This document shows, piece after piece, positions 27,375 to 35,239 of a stretch of 35,239 nucleotides of DNA. The translations under genes and the position numbers were made by a program. The notes beneath the pieces are model-generated. The model did no database searches, was not told where the DNA came from, and was given only the letters and a program-made list of their open reading frames with translations. The stretch spans positions 1 through 35,239 of the forward strand of contig JBKPGZ010000021.1 of assembly GCA_046729675.1 (NCBI GenBank). The letters are read 5' to 3'. The DNA comes from Gemmatimonadota bacterium. Its GTDB lineage: Bacteria; Gemmatimonadota; Gemmatimonadetes; Gemmatimonadales; GWC2-71-9. The first letter of the stretch is position 1. Each line of letters begins with the position of its first letter.

Positions 27375-27965
27375 ATGCCTTCCTACTTCGCCCACGAATC
27401 CTCCTATATCGACGACGGCGCCGTCATCGGCGCCGAGACCAGGATCTGGCACTTCTGCCACGTCCTCCCCGGCGCCGTCATCGGCGAGCGGTGCAACCTG
27501 GGCCAGAACGTCGTGGTGATGGGCGGGACCCGCATCGGGAACAACGTCAAGATCCAGAACAACGTCTCCATCTACGAGGGCGTGATCCTGGAGGACGACG
27601 TCTTCTGCGGGCCGAGCTGCGTGTTCACCAACGTCACCAACCCCCGGAGCCACGTCTCCCGGAAATCCGAGTACCGGCAGACCCTGGTGCGGCGGGGCAG
27701 CTCGATCGGCGCGAACGCCACGATCGTCTGCGGGGTGACCTTGGGCGAGTACTCGTTCATTGGGGCGGGGGCCGTGGTCCGGAGTGACGTTCCGGCCTAC
27801 GCGCTGATGGTCGGCGTGCCCGCCCGGCAGGTGGGGTGGATGTGTCAATGCGGTGTCCGGCTGCACGTCCAGAGCGGGCGCGCCTCTTGCGCAGCGTGCG
27901 GCGCGACTTACCGGGAGCGGGACGGGGTGCTGGAGCAGATTGACCCACCCCGGGGGGCTGGCTAA
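27375..27965 (+). CDS. Hexapeptide-repeat N-acetyltransferase (WbpD/WlbB-like)
   Basis: IWHFCHV, CNLGQNV, KIQNNVSIYEGV.LEDDVFCGPSCVFTNV.NPRS, IGANATIVCG, C-terminal CQCG..CAACG. Confidence 0.9.
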   Translation: MPSYFAHESSYIDDGAVIGAETRIWHFCHVLPGAVIGERCNLGQNVVVMGGTRIGNNVKIQNNVSIYEGVILEDDVFCGPSCVFTNVTNPRSHVSRKSEYRQTLVRRGSSIGANATIVCGVTLGEYSFIGAGAVVRSDVPAYALMVGVPARQVGWMCQCGVRLHVQSGRASCAACGATYRERDGVLEQIDPPRGAG

Positions 27966-27968
27966 GTT
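27940..27968 (+). promoter_or_regulatory. Internal sigma70-type promoter for the aminotransferase-bamD segment
   Basis: TTGACC-17 nt-TAAGTT overlapping the acetyltransferase stop codon; 121-nt gap before next gene. Confidence 0.55.
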
Positions 27969-28086
27969 ACACGGCTGCCGAGGGTTCCGCTTTCTGACGC
28001 GCCCGTGGCTCGCCCGGCTCCGCCGGTGCCCGGGCGCGTTCCACATGATGCTCCGGTCCCACACCGGAGAGTGAGGGTAGGATACG

Positions 28087-29202
28087 GTGAACGTACCGTT
28101 GCTCGACCTCGTGGCGCAGTACGACGGCATCAAGGACGAGGTCCTCCGGGCCATGATGACCGTGGTGGAACGCCAGGGATTCATCATGGGCCCCGAGGTG
28201 GCGCAGCTCGAGAGCGAGGTCGCCCGGCTCTCGAGCGCCAGGCACGCCATCGGTTGCGCCAGCGGCACGGATGCGCTGCTCCTTCCCCTGCGGGCCCTGG
28301 ACCTGAAGCCCGGCGACGAGGTGATCACGACCCCGTTCACCTTCTTCGCCACCGCCGGCGCCATTCACAACGCGGGCGGCACCCCGGTGTTCGTGGACAT
28401 CGACGCCTCCACCTTCAACATCGCGCCCCAGGCCATCGAAGCCGCCATCACTCCCCGCACCCGGGGGATCGTGGTGGTCCACCTCTTCGGCCAGATGGCT
28501 GCGATGGAGTCCGTGCTCCCCTTGGCCGAACGACGCGGGTTCGCGCTGATCGAGGACGCAGCCCAGGCCATCGGGGCCAGGCGGAAGATCGGCGGCCGGT
28601 GGCGCATGGCGGGCGAGCTGGGCACGGTCGGCACCTTCTCGTTCTTCCCCAGCAAGAACCTGGGCGGGTTCGGGGACGGTGGGATGATCGTGACCCAGGA
28701 CGATGCCCTCGCCGAGCGGCTCCGCAGGCTCCGCCTGCACGGCGGCGCCCGGCAGTACCACCACGACGAGGTGGGCTACAATAGCCGGCTCGACACCCTC
28801 CAGGCCGCGGTGTTGCTGGCCAAGCTCCCCCACCTCGCGGGATGGAGCCGCGCGCGGGGCGAGCGGGCGCGTCGCTACACCGAAGCTTTCGCCGGGCACG
28901 CGGACGTCTGTCCCCCGGCGGTGGACCCGGCCAACGAGCACATCTTTCACCAGTACACCATCCGGGCGCCGCGCCGGAACGAGCTGCAGGCGCATCTCAA
29001 GGCCAAAGGAATCGGGAACGCGATCTACTATCCGCTCGCACTGCACCTGCAGCCCTGCTTCGCCCACCTGGGCTACCAGCGGGGGCAGCTGCCGGTGACC
29101 GAAGCGGCCATGGACTCGGTGATCTCGCTGCCCATCTACCCCGAGCTCACGCGGGAGCAGCAGGACACCGTCATCGAGGCGGTGCTGGAATTCTATGCCT
29201 GA
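28087..29202 (+). CDS. DegT/DnrJ/EryC1/StrS sugar aminotransferase (WbpE-like)
   Basis: ASGTDAL, PFTFFATAGAI, VHLFGQ, IEDAAQAIGA, SFFPSKNLG.FGDGG (PLP Lys), NSRLDTLQAA. Confidence 0.93.
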   Translation: MNVPLLDLVAQYDGIKDEVLRAMMTVVERQGFIMGPEVAQLESEVARLSSARHAIGCASGTDALLLPLRALDLKPGDEVITTPFTFFATAGAIHNAGGTPVFVDIDASTFNIAPQAIEAAITPRTRGIVVVHLFGQMAAMESVLPLAERRGFALIEDAAQAIGARRKIGGRWRMAGELGTVGTFSFFPSKNLGGFGDGGMIVTQDDALAERLRRLRLHGGARQYHHDEVGYNSRLDTLQAAVLLAKLPHLAGWSRARGERARRYTEAFAGHADVCPPAVDPANEHIFHQYTIRAPRRNELQAHLKAKGIGNAIYYPLALHLQPCFAHLGYQRGQLPVTEAAMDSVISLPIYPELTREQQDTVIEAVLEFYA

Positions 29203-30505
29203 TCGTCGCACGGAGTCGACGGACGTCGCACAGGAGCTGATTCGGAAGGCGGAGCGCCGCGAGGCGCTCTTCGGCATCGTGGGGCTCGGCTATGTCGGGC
29301 TGCCGCTGGCGGTGGAGCTGGCCAAGGCCGGCTACCGGGTGCTCGGGTTCGACATCAGCCAGCGGGTGGTGGACGGCCTGAACGAGGGCCGATCCCACGT
29401 GAAGGACATCACCGACGCCCAGCTCCAGGAGGCGCTCGGCGCCGGCCGGTTCGAGGCGACGACCGACATGGCGCGGCTGGGCGAGCCCGACGCGGTCTCC
29501 ATCTGCGTGCCTACGCCGCTCTCCAAGTTCAAGGACCCGGACGTCAGCTACATCGTGGCGGCCACCGACGCGGTCAAGCGCACGCTCCGCCGTGGCCAGG
29601 CCATCATCCTGGAGTCCACCACCTATCCGGGCACCACCCGCGAGATCCTGCAGCCGGCGCTGGAGAGCACCGGGCTCAAGGTCGGCCGCGATTTCTTCCT
29701 CGCGTTCAGCCCCGAGCGGGTGGACCCGGGGAACTCGGTCTGGCAGACGCACAACACGCCCAAGGTGGTCGGCGGTATCACGGACAACTGCACCCAGGTG
29801 GCGGTCGCGCTCTACCAGCCGGCGATCGAGAAGCTGGTGCCCGTTTCCACCACCGAGGCCGCCGAGCTGGTCAAGCTGCTGGAGAACACCTTCCGCAGCG
29901 TCAACATCGGCCTGGTGAACGAGATGGCGATCGTGTGCGACAAGCTGGGGGTCAACGTCTGGGAAGTGATCGACGCCGCGTCCACCAAGCCGTTCGGCTT
30001 CATGAAGTTCCTGCCGGGTCCTGGACTCGGCGGCCACTGCATCCCGATCGATCCCCACTACCTGGCGTGGAAGATGCGCGGGCTCAACTACAAGACCCGC
30101 TTCATCGACCTCGCGGGCGAGCTGAACACGGAGATGCCGTTGTTCTGGGTCCGCAAGGTGGCGGAGGCGCTGAACGAGCAGGGCAAGGCGGTGAAAGGCG
30201 CCACGGTACTGGTCCTGGGCGTGGCCTACAAGCGGGACATCGACGACATCCGGGAGAGTCCTGCGCTGGACATCATCCGGCTGCTCGAAGGGCAGGGTGC
30301 CCGGGTCGCGTACTCCGATCCCCACGTGCCCTGCTTCTCCGAGAACGGCCACGAGTACCGCTCGGTGCCGCTCACCCAGCAGTCCGTGGCGGCCGCCGAC
30401 TGCGTCATGATCGTGACCGATCATTCGGACTTCGACTACGCCACGGTCGCGCGTCACGCCCGGGTCGTGGTCGATACTCGTAACGCAATGCCGAAAGAGG
30501 CTTGA
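29195..30505 (+). CDS. UDP-N-acetylhexosamine 6-dehydrogenase (WbpA/WecC-like)
   Basis: GLGYVGLPLA, ICVPTP, LESTTYPGTT, FSPERVDPG, KLLENTFR.VNI, GPGLGGHCIPIDP, D.RESPA. Confidence 0.9.
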   Translation: MPDRRTESTDVAQELIRKAERREALFGIVGLGYVGLPLAVELAKAGYRVLGFDISQRVVDGLNEGRSHVKDITDAQLQEALGAGRFEATTDMARLGEPDAVSICVPTPLSKFKDPDVSYIVAATDAVKRTLRRGQAIILESTTYPGTTREILQPALESTGLKVGRDFFLAFSPERVDPGNSVWQTHNTPKVVGGITDNCTQVAVALYQPAIEKLVPVSTTEAAELVKLLENTFRSVNIGLVNEMAIVCDKLGVNVWEVIDAASTKPFGFMKFLPGPGLGGHCIPIDPHYLAWKMRGLNYKTRFIDLAGELNTEMPLFWVRKVAEALNEQGKAVKGATVLVLGVAYKRDIDDIRESPALDIIRLLEGQGARVAYSDPHVPCFSENGHEYRSVPLTQQSVAAADCVMIVTDHSDFDYATVARHARVVVDTRNAMPKEA

Positions 30506-30506
30506 G

Positions 30507-31817
30507 ATGCACGTCGCGGTGGTGGGCAGCGGATACGTGGGTCTGGTCGCGGGCGCGTGCCTGGCGGAGACGGGCAACGACGTCGTCTGCGTGGACAAGG
30601 ACGCGGAGAAGATCGCGCGCCTCCAGCGCAACGAGATTCCGATCTACGAGCCGGGGCTCGAGCCGATGGTGCAGCGGAACCAGGCCGAGGGCCGCCTCAC
30701 CTTCACCACCGATCTCGGTGCCGCCGTGCGCGGCGCCCGGGTGATCTTCATCGCCGTCGGCACCCCGCCGGGCGAGGACGGCTCGGCCGACCTCCAGCAC
30801 GTGCTCAGCGTGGCGCGGGAGATCGGGCGCCACATGAACGAGCCCAAGATCGTGGTCACCAAGTCCACCGTCCCGGTGGGCACGGCCGAGAAGGTGCGGG
30901 CCGCGGTGAAGTCGCAGACCAGCATCCCCTTCGCGGTGTGCTCCAACCCCGAGTTCCTCAAGGAGGGGGCCGCGATCGAGGACTTCATGAAGCCGGACCG
31001 CGTCGTCATCGGCGTGGACGACGAGCAGGCCCGCGAGGTGATGGGTGAGCTCTACGCGCCGTTCACCCGCCAGGGCGGCAACCGGATCCTCTTCATGGAT
31101 ATCGCGTCGGCCGAGGTGACCAAGTACGCCGCCAACGCGATGCTCGCCACCCGGATCTCGTTCATGAACCAGATGGCGCTGTTCTGCGAGCTGGTGGGGG
31201 CCGACGTGAACAACGTCCGGCTCGGGATCGGCTCCGACCAGCGGATCGGCCGCGCCTTCCTGTACCCCGGCCCCGGTTACGGCGGCTCCTGCTTCCCGAA
31301 GGACGTGAAGGCCATCATCCGCACGGCGGACGACCTCGGACTCTCCCTCGACGTGCTCAAGTCGGTCGAGGCGGTGAACGAGTGCCAGAAGCTGGTGGTG
31401 CTGAACAAGGTGCAGCGGTACCTCGGCGCCGACCTCTCGGGCAAGACCGTCGGCCTGTGGGGTCTCGCCTTCAAGGCCGAGACCGACGACATGCGCGAAA
31501 GTCCGGCCATCCCCCTCATCGAGGGGCTGCTGTCGGCGGGCGCCCGGGTGCAGGCGCACGACCCGAAGGCCACCGATTCCGCCCGGTACATCTTCGAGGA
31601 CCGGGTGATGTACGCGGCCGATCCCTACAGCGCGGCGCACGGCGCGGACGCGCTCTGCGTCATGACCGAGTGGCTGGTCTACCGGAACCCCGACTTCGAG
31701 CGGGTACGCAAGCTGCTGCGCCGTCCGCTGCTGGTGGACGGACGCAACCTGTACGATCCCGAGCGGATGAAGTCACTGGGCTTCGAATATCACGGGATCG
31801 GCCGGGGCGGTCGGTGA
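30507..31817 (+). CDS. ugd: UDP-glucose 6-dehydrogenase
   Basis: GSGYVGLV, PIYEPGL, IAVGTP, KSTVPVGT, SNPEFLKEG, KYAANA.LA.RISF.N, GYGGSCFPKD, GLAFK..TDD.RESP. Confidence 0.92.
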   Translation: MHVAVVGSGYVGLVAGACLAETGNDVVCVDKDAEKIARLQRNEIPIYEPGLEPMVQRNQAEGRLTFTTDLGAAVRGARVIFIAVGTPPGEDGSADLQHVLSVAREIGRHMNEPKIVVTKSTVPVGTAEKVRAAVKSQTSIPFAVCSNPEFLKEGAAIEDFMKPDRVVIGVDDEQAREVMGELYAPFTRQGGNRILFMDIASAEVTKYAANAMLATRISFMNQMALFCELVGADVNNVRLGIGSDQRIGRAFLYPGPGYGGSCFPKDVKAIIRTADDLGLSLDVLKSVEAVNECQKLVVLNKVQRYLGADLSGKTVGLWGLAFKAETDDMRESPAIPLIEGLLSAGARVQAHDPKATDSARYIFEDRVMYAADPYSAAHGADALCVMTEWLVYRNPDFERVRKLLRRPLLVDGRNLYDPERMKSLGFEYHGIGRGGR

Positions 31818-32782
31818 CCCGAGTCCTCGTCACCGGTGCGGCCGGATTCATCGGGTCGCACCTGGTCGAGGCACTGGTCCGCCAGGGGGACGAAGTGATC
31901 GGGATCGACAACTTCGATCCCTTCTACGCCCGGGAGATGAAGGAGCGCAATCTGGCGGAGGCCCGCTCGCTCCCCGGCTTCACCTTCCGCGAGCTGGACC
32001 TCCTCGACACCGACGCGCTCCGATCCCACCTTACTCCCGACACGGTCATCATCCACCTGGCCGCCAAGGCGGGGGTCCGGCCCTCCCTGGCGGACCCGGT
32101 AGGCTACGCGCGCGTCAACGTGACCGGGACCGCATCGGTCGCGGAGGCGGCACGGGGTGCGGGCGTGACGCGGATCCTGTTCGGCTCGTCCTCCTCGATC
32201 TACGGCGACAGCACCCCGGCGCCGTTCCGTGAGGACGCCGTGGCCGTCGCGCCGGTGTCGCCCTACGCGGCGACCAAGCGGGCCGGGGAGCTGCTGCTCC
32301 GCTCGGTCGCGCCGATCTACGGATTCCGGGTCGCGTCGCTCCGGTTCTTCACCGTCTACGGCCCGCGGCAGCGTCCCGACCTGGCGATTCACTCGTTCAC
32401 CAGGAAGATGGTGGCGGGGGAGCCCATCACCCTCTTCGGCGACGGCACCCAGGCTCGCGACTACACCTACTGCGACGACATCGTGGGCGGGGTGCTGGCG
32501 GCGCTGCGCTGGTCGGCCGGCGCGCCGGTCGGGGTGGAGGACTTCAACCTGGGCGGAAACCGCTCGGTGCCGACCGGGGCGATGGTGGACGAGATCTCGC
32601 GAGCACTGGGCATCACGCCCACCATCCGGTGGGCGCCGATGCAGCCGGGGGACGTCCAGCAGACGGCGGCCGACCTGACCAAGTCGGGCGCGGTGCTCGG
32701 GTACGCGCCCTGCACACCATTTCCGGAGGGAATCCGGCGATTCGTCGCCTGGTTCCGGGAGAGTTATGGCCGCCCAGACTGA
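31814..32782 (+). CDS. NAD-dependent epimerase (UDP-glucuronate 4-epimerase-like)
   Basis: VTGAAGFIGSH, HLAAKAGVRPS, SSSSIYG, SPYAATK, LRFFTVYGPRQRPDLA, RDYTY.DDIV, QPGDV; GTGA overlap with ugd. Confidence 0.88.
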   Translation: MTRVLVTGAAGFIGSHLVEALVRQGDEVIGIDNFDPFYAREMKERNLAEARSLPGFTFRELDLLDTDALRSHLTPDTVIIHLAAKAGVRPSLADPVGYARVNVTGTASVAEAARGAGVTRILFGSSSSIYGDSTPAPFREDAVAVAPVSPYAATKRAGELLLRSVAPIYGFRVASLRFFTVYGPRQRPDLAIHSFTRKMVAGEPITLFGDGTQARDYTYCDDIVGGVLAALRWSAGAPVGVEDFNLGGNRSVPTGAMVDEISRALGITPTIRWAPMQPGDVQQTAADLTKSGAVLGYAPCTPFPEGIRRFVAWFRESYGRPD

Positions 32783-33473
32783 TCGTGCGCTGGAACGGGC
32801 CCGCGAGCGGTTCGCGGTCCAGGACTACTACGGCACCGTGCACCTGCTCGAGGAGATCGTCGCCACCGGCCGCGCCTTCGCCGACGTGCACCACCTGCTC
32901 GGCGTCTCGCTCTCGCTGCTGGGTCAGCGGGAGCGGGCACTGACCGAGCTGTCACGCGCGCTCGAGCTGAATCCGCGGTATCTGGAGGCCCTGATCCACC
33001 TCGGCCTGGTGCTCTCCGAGCTGGGCCGGGAGGCGGAGGCGGAAGACGCGTTCCGCCGTGCCGCCTCCAGCATCTCGCCACCGTCGAACGGGCTTCCCTC
33101 GCCGGTGGCCGCGCGGCTCGCCAATCAGCACGCCGAGCTGGCGGACGCCTACGCCGAGGCGGGGGCACTGGACGATGCGGTGAAGCAGTATCAGCGGGCG
33201 CTCGAGCTGGGGCCGACGTTCGTGGACCTGCGGTACCGGATGGCGAGGCTCCTGCTGGAGTCCGGGCGGTCGCTCGAGGCGCGCGAAGCGCTGGAGGAAG
33301 TGATCCGCCTGCGCCCCAATTTCCTCGACGCGCTGGCCGCGCTGGGACTGGCGCACTTCCTCTCGGGTGACGCGCTCGGAGCCCGGGACATCTGGCGATC
33401 GTGTCTGTCCCGCCGGCCGGAGAACGCCCGGGTGGAAGCCTACCTGGCGATGCTGGGACGCGCCGGCACGTGA
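32766..33473 (+). CDS. Tetratricopeptide repeat protein
   Basis: Repeated RALELNPRYLEA / RALELGPTFVDL / RPNFLDA TPR units. Confidence 0.85.
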   Translation: MAAQTDRALERARERFAVQDYYGTVHLLEEIVATGRAFADVHHLLGVSLSLLGQRERALTELSRALELNPRYLEALIHLGLVLSELGREAEAEDAFRRAASSISPPSNGLPSPVAARLANQHAELADAYAEAGALDDAVKQYQRALELGPTFVDLRYRMARLLLESGRSLEAREALEEVIRLRPNFLDALAALGLAHFLSGDALGARDIWRSCLSRRPENARVEAYLAMLGRAGT

Positions 33474-34381
33474 CCCGGTGGGCCCTCGCCGCCGCGCTGA
33501 CCTGCGCCGCCTGCGGCGGTGCGGCCGATGCCGAGCGCCGAGGTGACGAGGCCTACGGCGCGGCACAGTATGCCGAAGCGCTCCGGCAGTACCGCTCGCT
33601 CGCCGACGGCGACGCCTCCGCGCGGGTCTGGGCCAAGGTCGGGGCCGCCGCGCTCCGGAGCGGCGACCTGGGCGAGGCAGCCGATGCCTACCTGCACCTC
33701 GCCGGTGAGGATCCCGAGCGGACCCAGGAGGCCGCCGAGGGGCTCGAGGAGGTGGCCAGGGCGGCCGAGCGGGCGGACCGGGCCGACGCGCTGCAACGCG
33801 CGGTGATCGGACTTCAATCCGTGGCGCCCGACCGGGTGCCGGGTCGCTATGCGCTCCGACTGGCGCAGCAGGAGGGCGCCGAGCCAGAGGAACTGGTGAC
33901 GTTGCTTCCCAGGGCGATCGCCGCGGCACCGGATCAGCAGGCCGTGGATTCGCTCCTGGTCCTGCACGGGCGGCTCCTCCAGCAGACCACCGGATGCGGT
34001 CAGGCGATGTTCCAGTACCGAGCCGTCCTGCGCAGATCGCAGGACAGCTCGGTGCGGGGCGCCGCCCGGAAGGGCGCGGCGGATTGCGCGCTCGCTCTGG
34101 GCAGGCGGTCGCTGACCAGCGGACGGGACGCAGACGCGGCGCTGTGGTTCGCGGAGGCCGCCCGCATGGACTCGACCTCGGCCGCGGGCCGGCAGGCGCT
34201 GTTCGCCTACGGGGAGACCCGGCTCGCGCAGGGTGATACGCTGGCCGCCGCCCTCGCCTTCCAGGCGATCGCGGCCGCGCCGGAGGTCGTCGACTCGTTC
34301 AGCGGGAAGGCGCGGGCCAGGCTCGAGGCCATAGGACTCACACCCATGTCAGGTCCCCCGTCGGGGGCCGGGATCCCATGA
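33470..34381 (+). CDS. Hypothetical TPR-like (lipo)protein
   Basis: GTGA-coupled start; signal/lipobox-like ALAAALTCAAC; Ala-rich helical repeats. Confidence 0.7.
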   Translation: MTRWALAAALTCAACGGAADAERRGDEAYGAAQYAEALRQYRSLADGDASARVWAKVGAAALRSGDLGEAADAYLHLAGEDPERTQEAAEGLEEVARAAERADRADALQRAVIGLQSVAPDRVPGRYALRLAQQEGAEPEELVTLLPRAIAAAPDQQAVDSLLVLHGRLLQQTTGCGQAMFQYRAVLRRSQDSSVRGAARKGAADCALALGRRSLTSGRDADAALWFAEAARMDSTSAAGRQALFAYGETRLAQGDTLAAALAFQAIAAAPEVVDSFSGKARARLEAIGLTPMSGPPSGAGIP

Positions 34382-35172
34382 CAGGTTTTCGCAGGGTCGC
34401 AGTCGCCGCCGCCATCGCGGTGCTCGCCGGCTGCGGCGGGGGCCGCTCGCCGGAGGTCGTCACCACGCCGGCCGGCACGCCCGGCTACGAGGGGGCCAGT
34501 CCCCAGCAGATCGATTCCCTCTATCGGCTGGCGGAGCGGGATGTCCACCGGGGCAAGTGGGACGATGCGATCAAGCAGCTCGAGCGTCTGCTCCTGGAGT
34601 TCTCCCCCGGCGACTCGAGGATCGCCCAGGCGCGCTTCTGGCTCGGCGAGGCGAAGTTCGCGACCGGCGCCCACCTGGAAGCCGCGCGCGAGTTCCGCCG
34701 GGTTTCGGACGAGACCCCCAACGACCGGCTCGCTCCCAACGCCCTCCTGCGCGTGGGCGACGTGTACTCGGACCTGTGGCGGCGCCCGGAGCTGGATCCC
34801 ACCTACGGGCAGACAGCGCTCTCCACTTACCAGGAGCTGCTCAACCGCTACCCCAATAGCCCGGCGGCGGCCCGGGCGCAGGCGCGGATCGCGGAGCTGC
34901 AGGAGCGGTTCGCCTACAAGGAGTACCGGGCCGCGCTCTACTACTTCAAGCTGAAGGCCTACGACTCGGCCATCCTCTACCTCAAGGACGTGGTGGCGAC
35001 CTATCCCCGTGCCTCGGTCGCGCCCGACGCCCTGCTCAAACTGGTGGAGGCCTACCGGCGGCTGGGCTACCAGGAGGACGTGCGGGAGACCTGTGGCTAC
35101 CTGCGGCGCTTCCATCCCGATGCGCTGCGAGGCGACAGGCACTGTCCCGCGGAGCCGGCGGGCACTTTTTGA
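34378..35172 (+). CDS. bamD: Outer membrane protein assembly lipoprotein BamD
   Basis: Lipobox VLAGC; TPRs; ELDPTY..AL..YQELLNRYPNS, KEY.AALYY.K..AY.SA, YP...APDAL. Confidence 0.85.
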   Translation: MTGFRRVAVAAAIAVLAGCGGGRSPEVVTTPAGTPGYEGASPQQIDSLYRLAERDVHRGKWDDAIKQLERLLLEFSPGDSRIAQARFWLGEAKFATGAHLEAAREFRRVSDETPNDRLAPNALLRVGDVYSDLWRRPELDPTYGQTALSTYQELLNRYPNSPAAARAQARIAELQERFAYKEYRAALYYFKLKAYDSAILYLKDVVATYPRASVAPDALLKLVEAYRRLGYQEDVRETCGYLRRFHPDALRGDRHCPAEPAGTF

Positions 35173-35179
35173 TGACGTC

Positions 35180-35239
35180 CTGTCATCCCGAGCGAACGCG
35201 AGGGATCTTGCTCATCCTGGCAAGATCCCTCGCTCTGCT
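35180..35239. repeat. REP-like palindromic element, copy 4 (truncated by window end)
   Basis: CTGTCATCCCGAGCGAACGCGAGGGATCTTGC identical to 3661-3692; right arm GCAAGATCCCTCGC begins at 35220. Confidence 0.9.

Overview
High-GC, densely coded chromosomal window. The RpoA, ribosomal protein and hypothetical protein styles suggest Gemmatimonadota (inference). Left part: two SDRs, a Cys-rich Rossmann-like hypothetical, trxB, an MBL hydrolase, a tiny Cys-rich ORF with an in-frame palindromic repeat, a GT4 plus a flippase-like membrane protein, a cupin divergent from aspA, and a divergent metallophosphoesterase / nucleotidyltransferase pair. Middle: an Rrf2-cysM-JAMM-(ThiS/MoeB/rhodanese fusion) sulfur-transfer operon, tRNA-Leu(CAG), smpB-amidase-lipoprotein-pyrD-pyrF, a stand-alone rpmJ-rpsM-rpsK-rpoA-rplQ operon lacking rpsD, and rpmB. 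Right part: a ~14 kb co-directional run of gmd, rmd-like, carB, murB, wbpD/E/A-like, ugd, an epimerase, two TPR-like proteins and bamD. No integrase, transposase, CRISPR array or rRNA was seen. The most unusual signals are three families of small repeats that invade or supply gene ends, a probable bidirectional leaderless promoter, the ubiquitin-like/E1 fusion next to its JAMM protease, and the uncharacterised nucleotidyltransferase-phosphoesterase pair. All calls come from motif reading by eye; no database searches were run.
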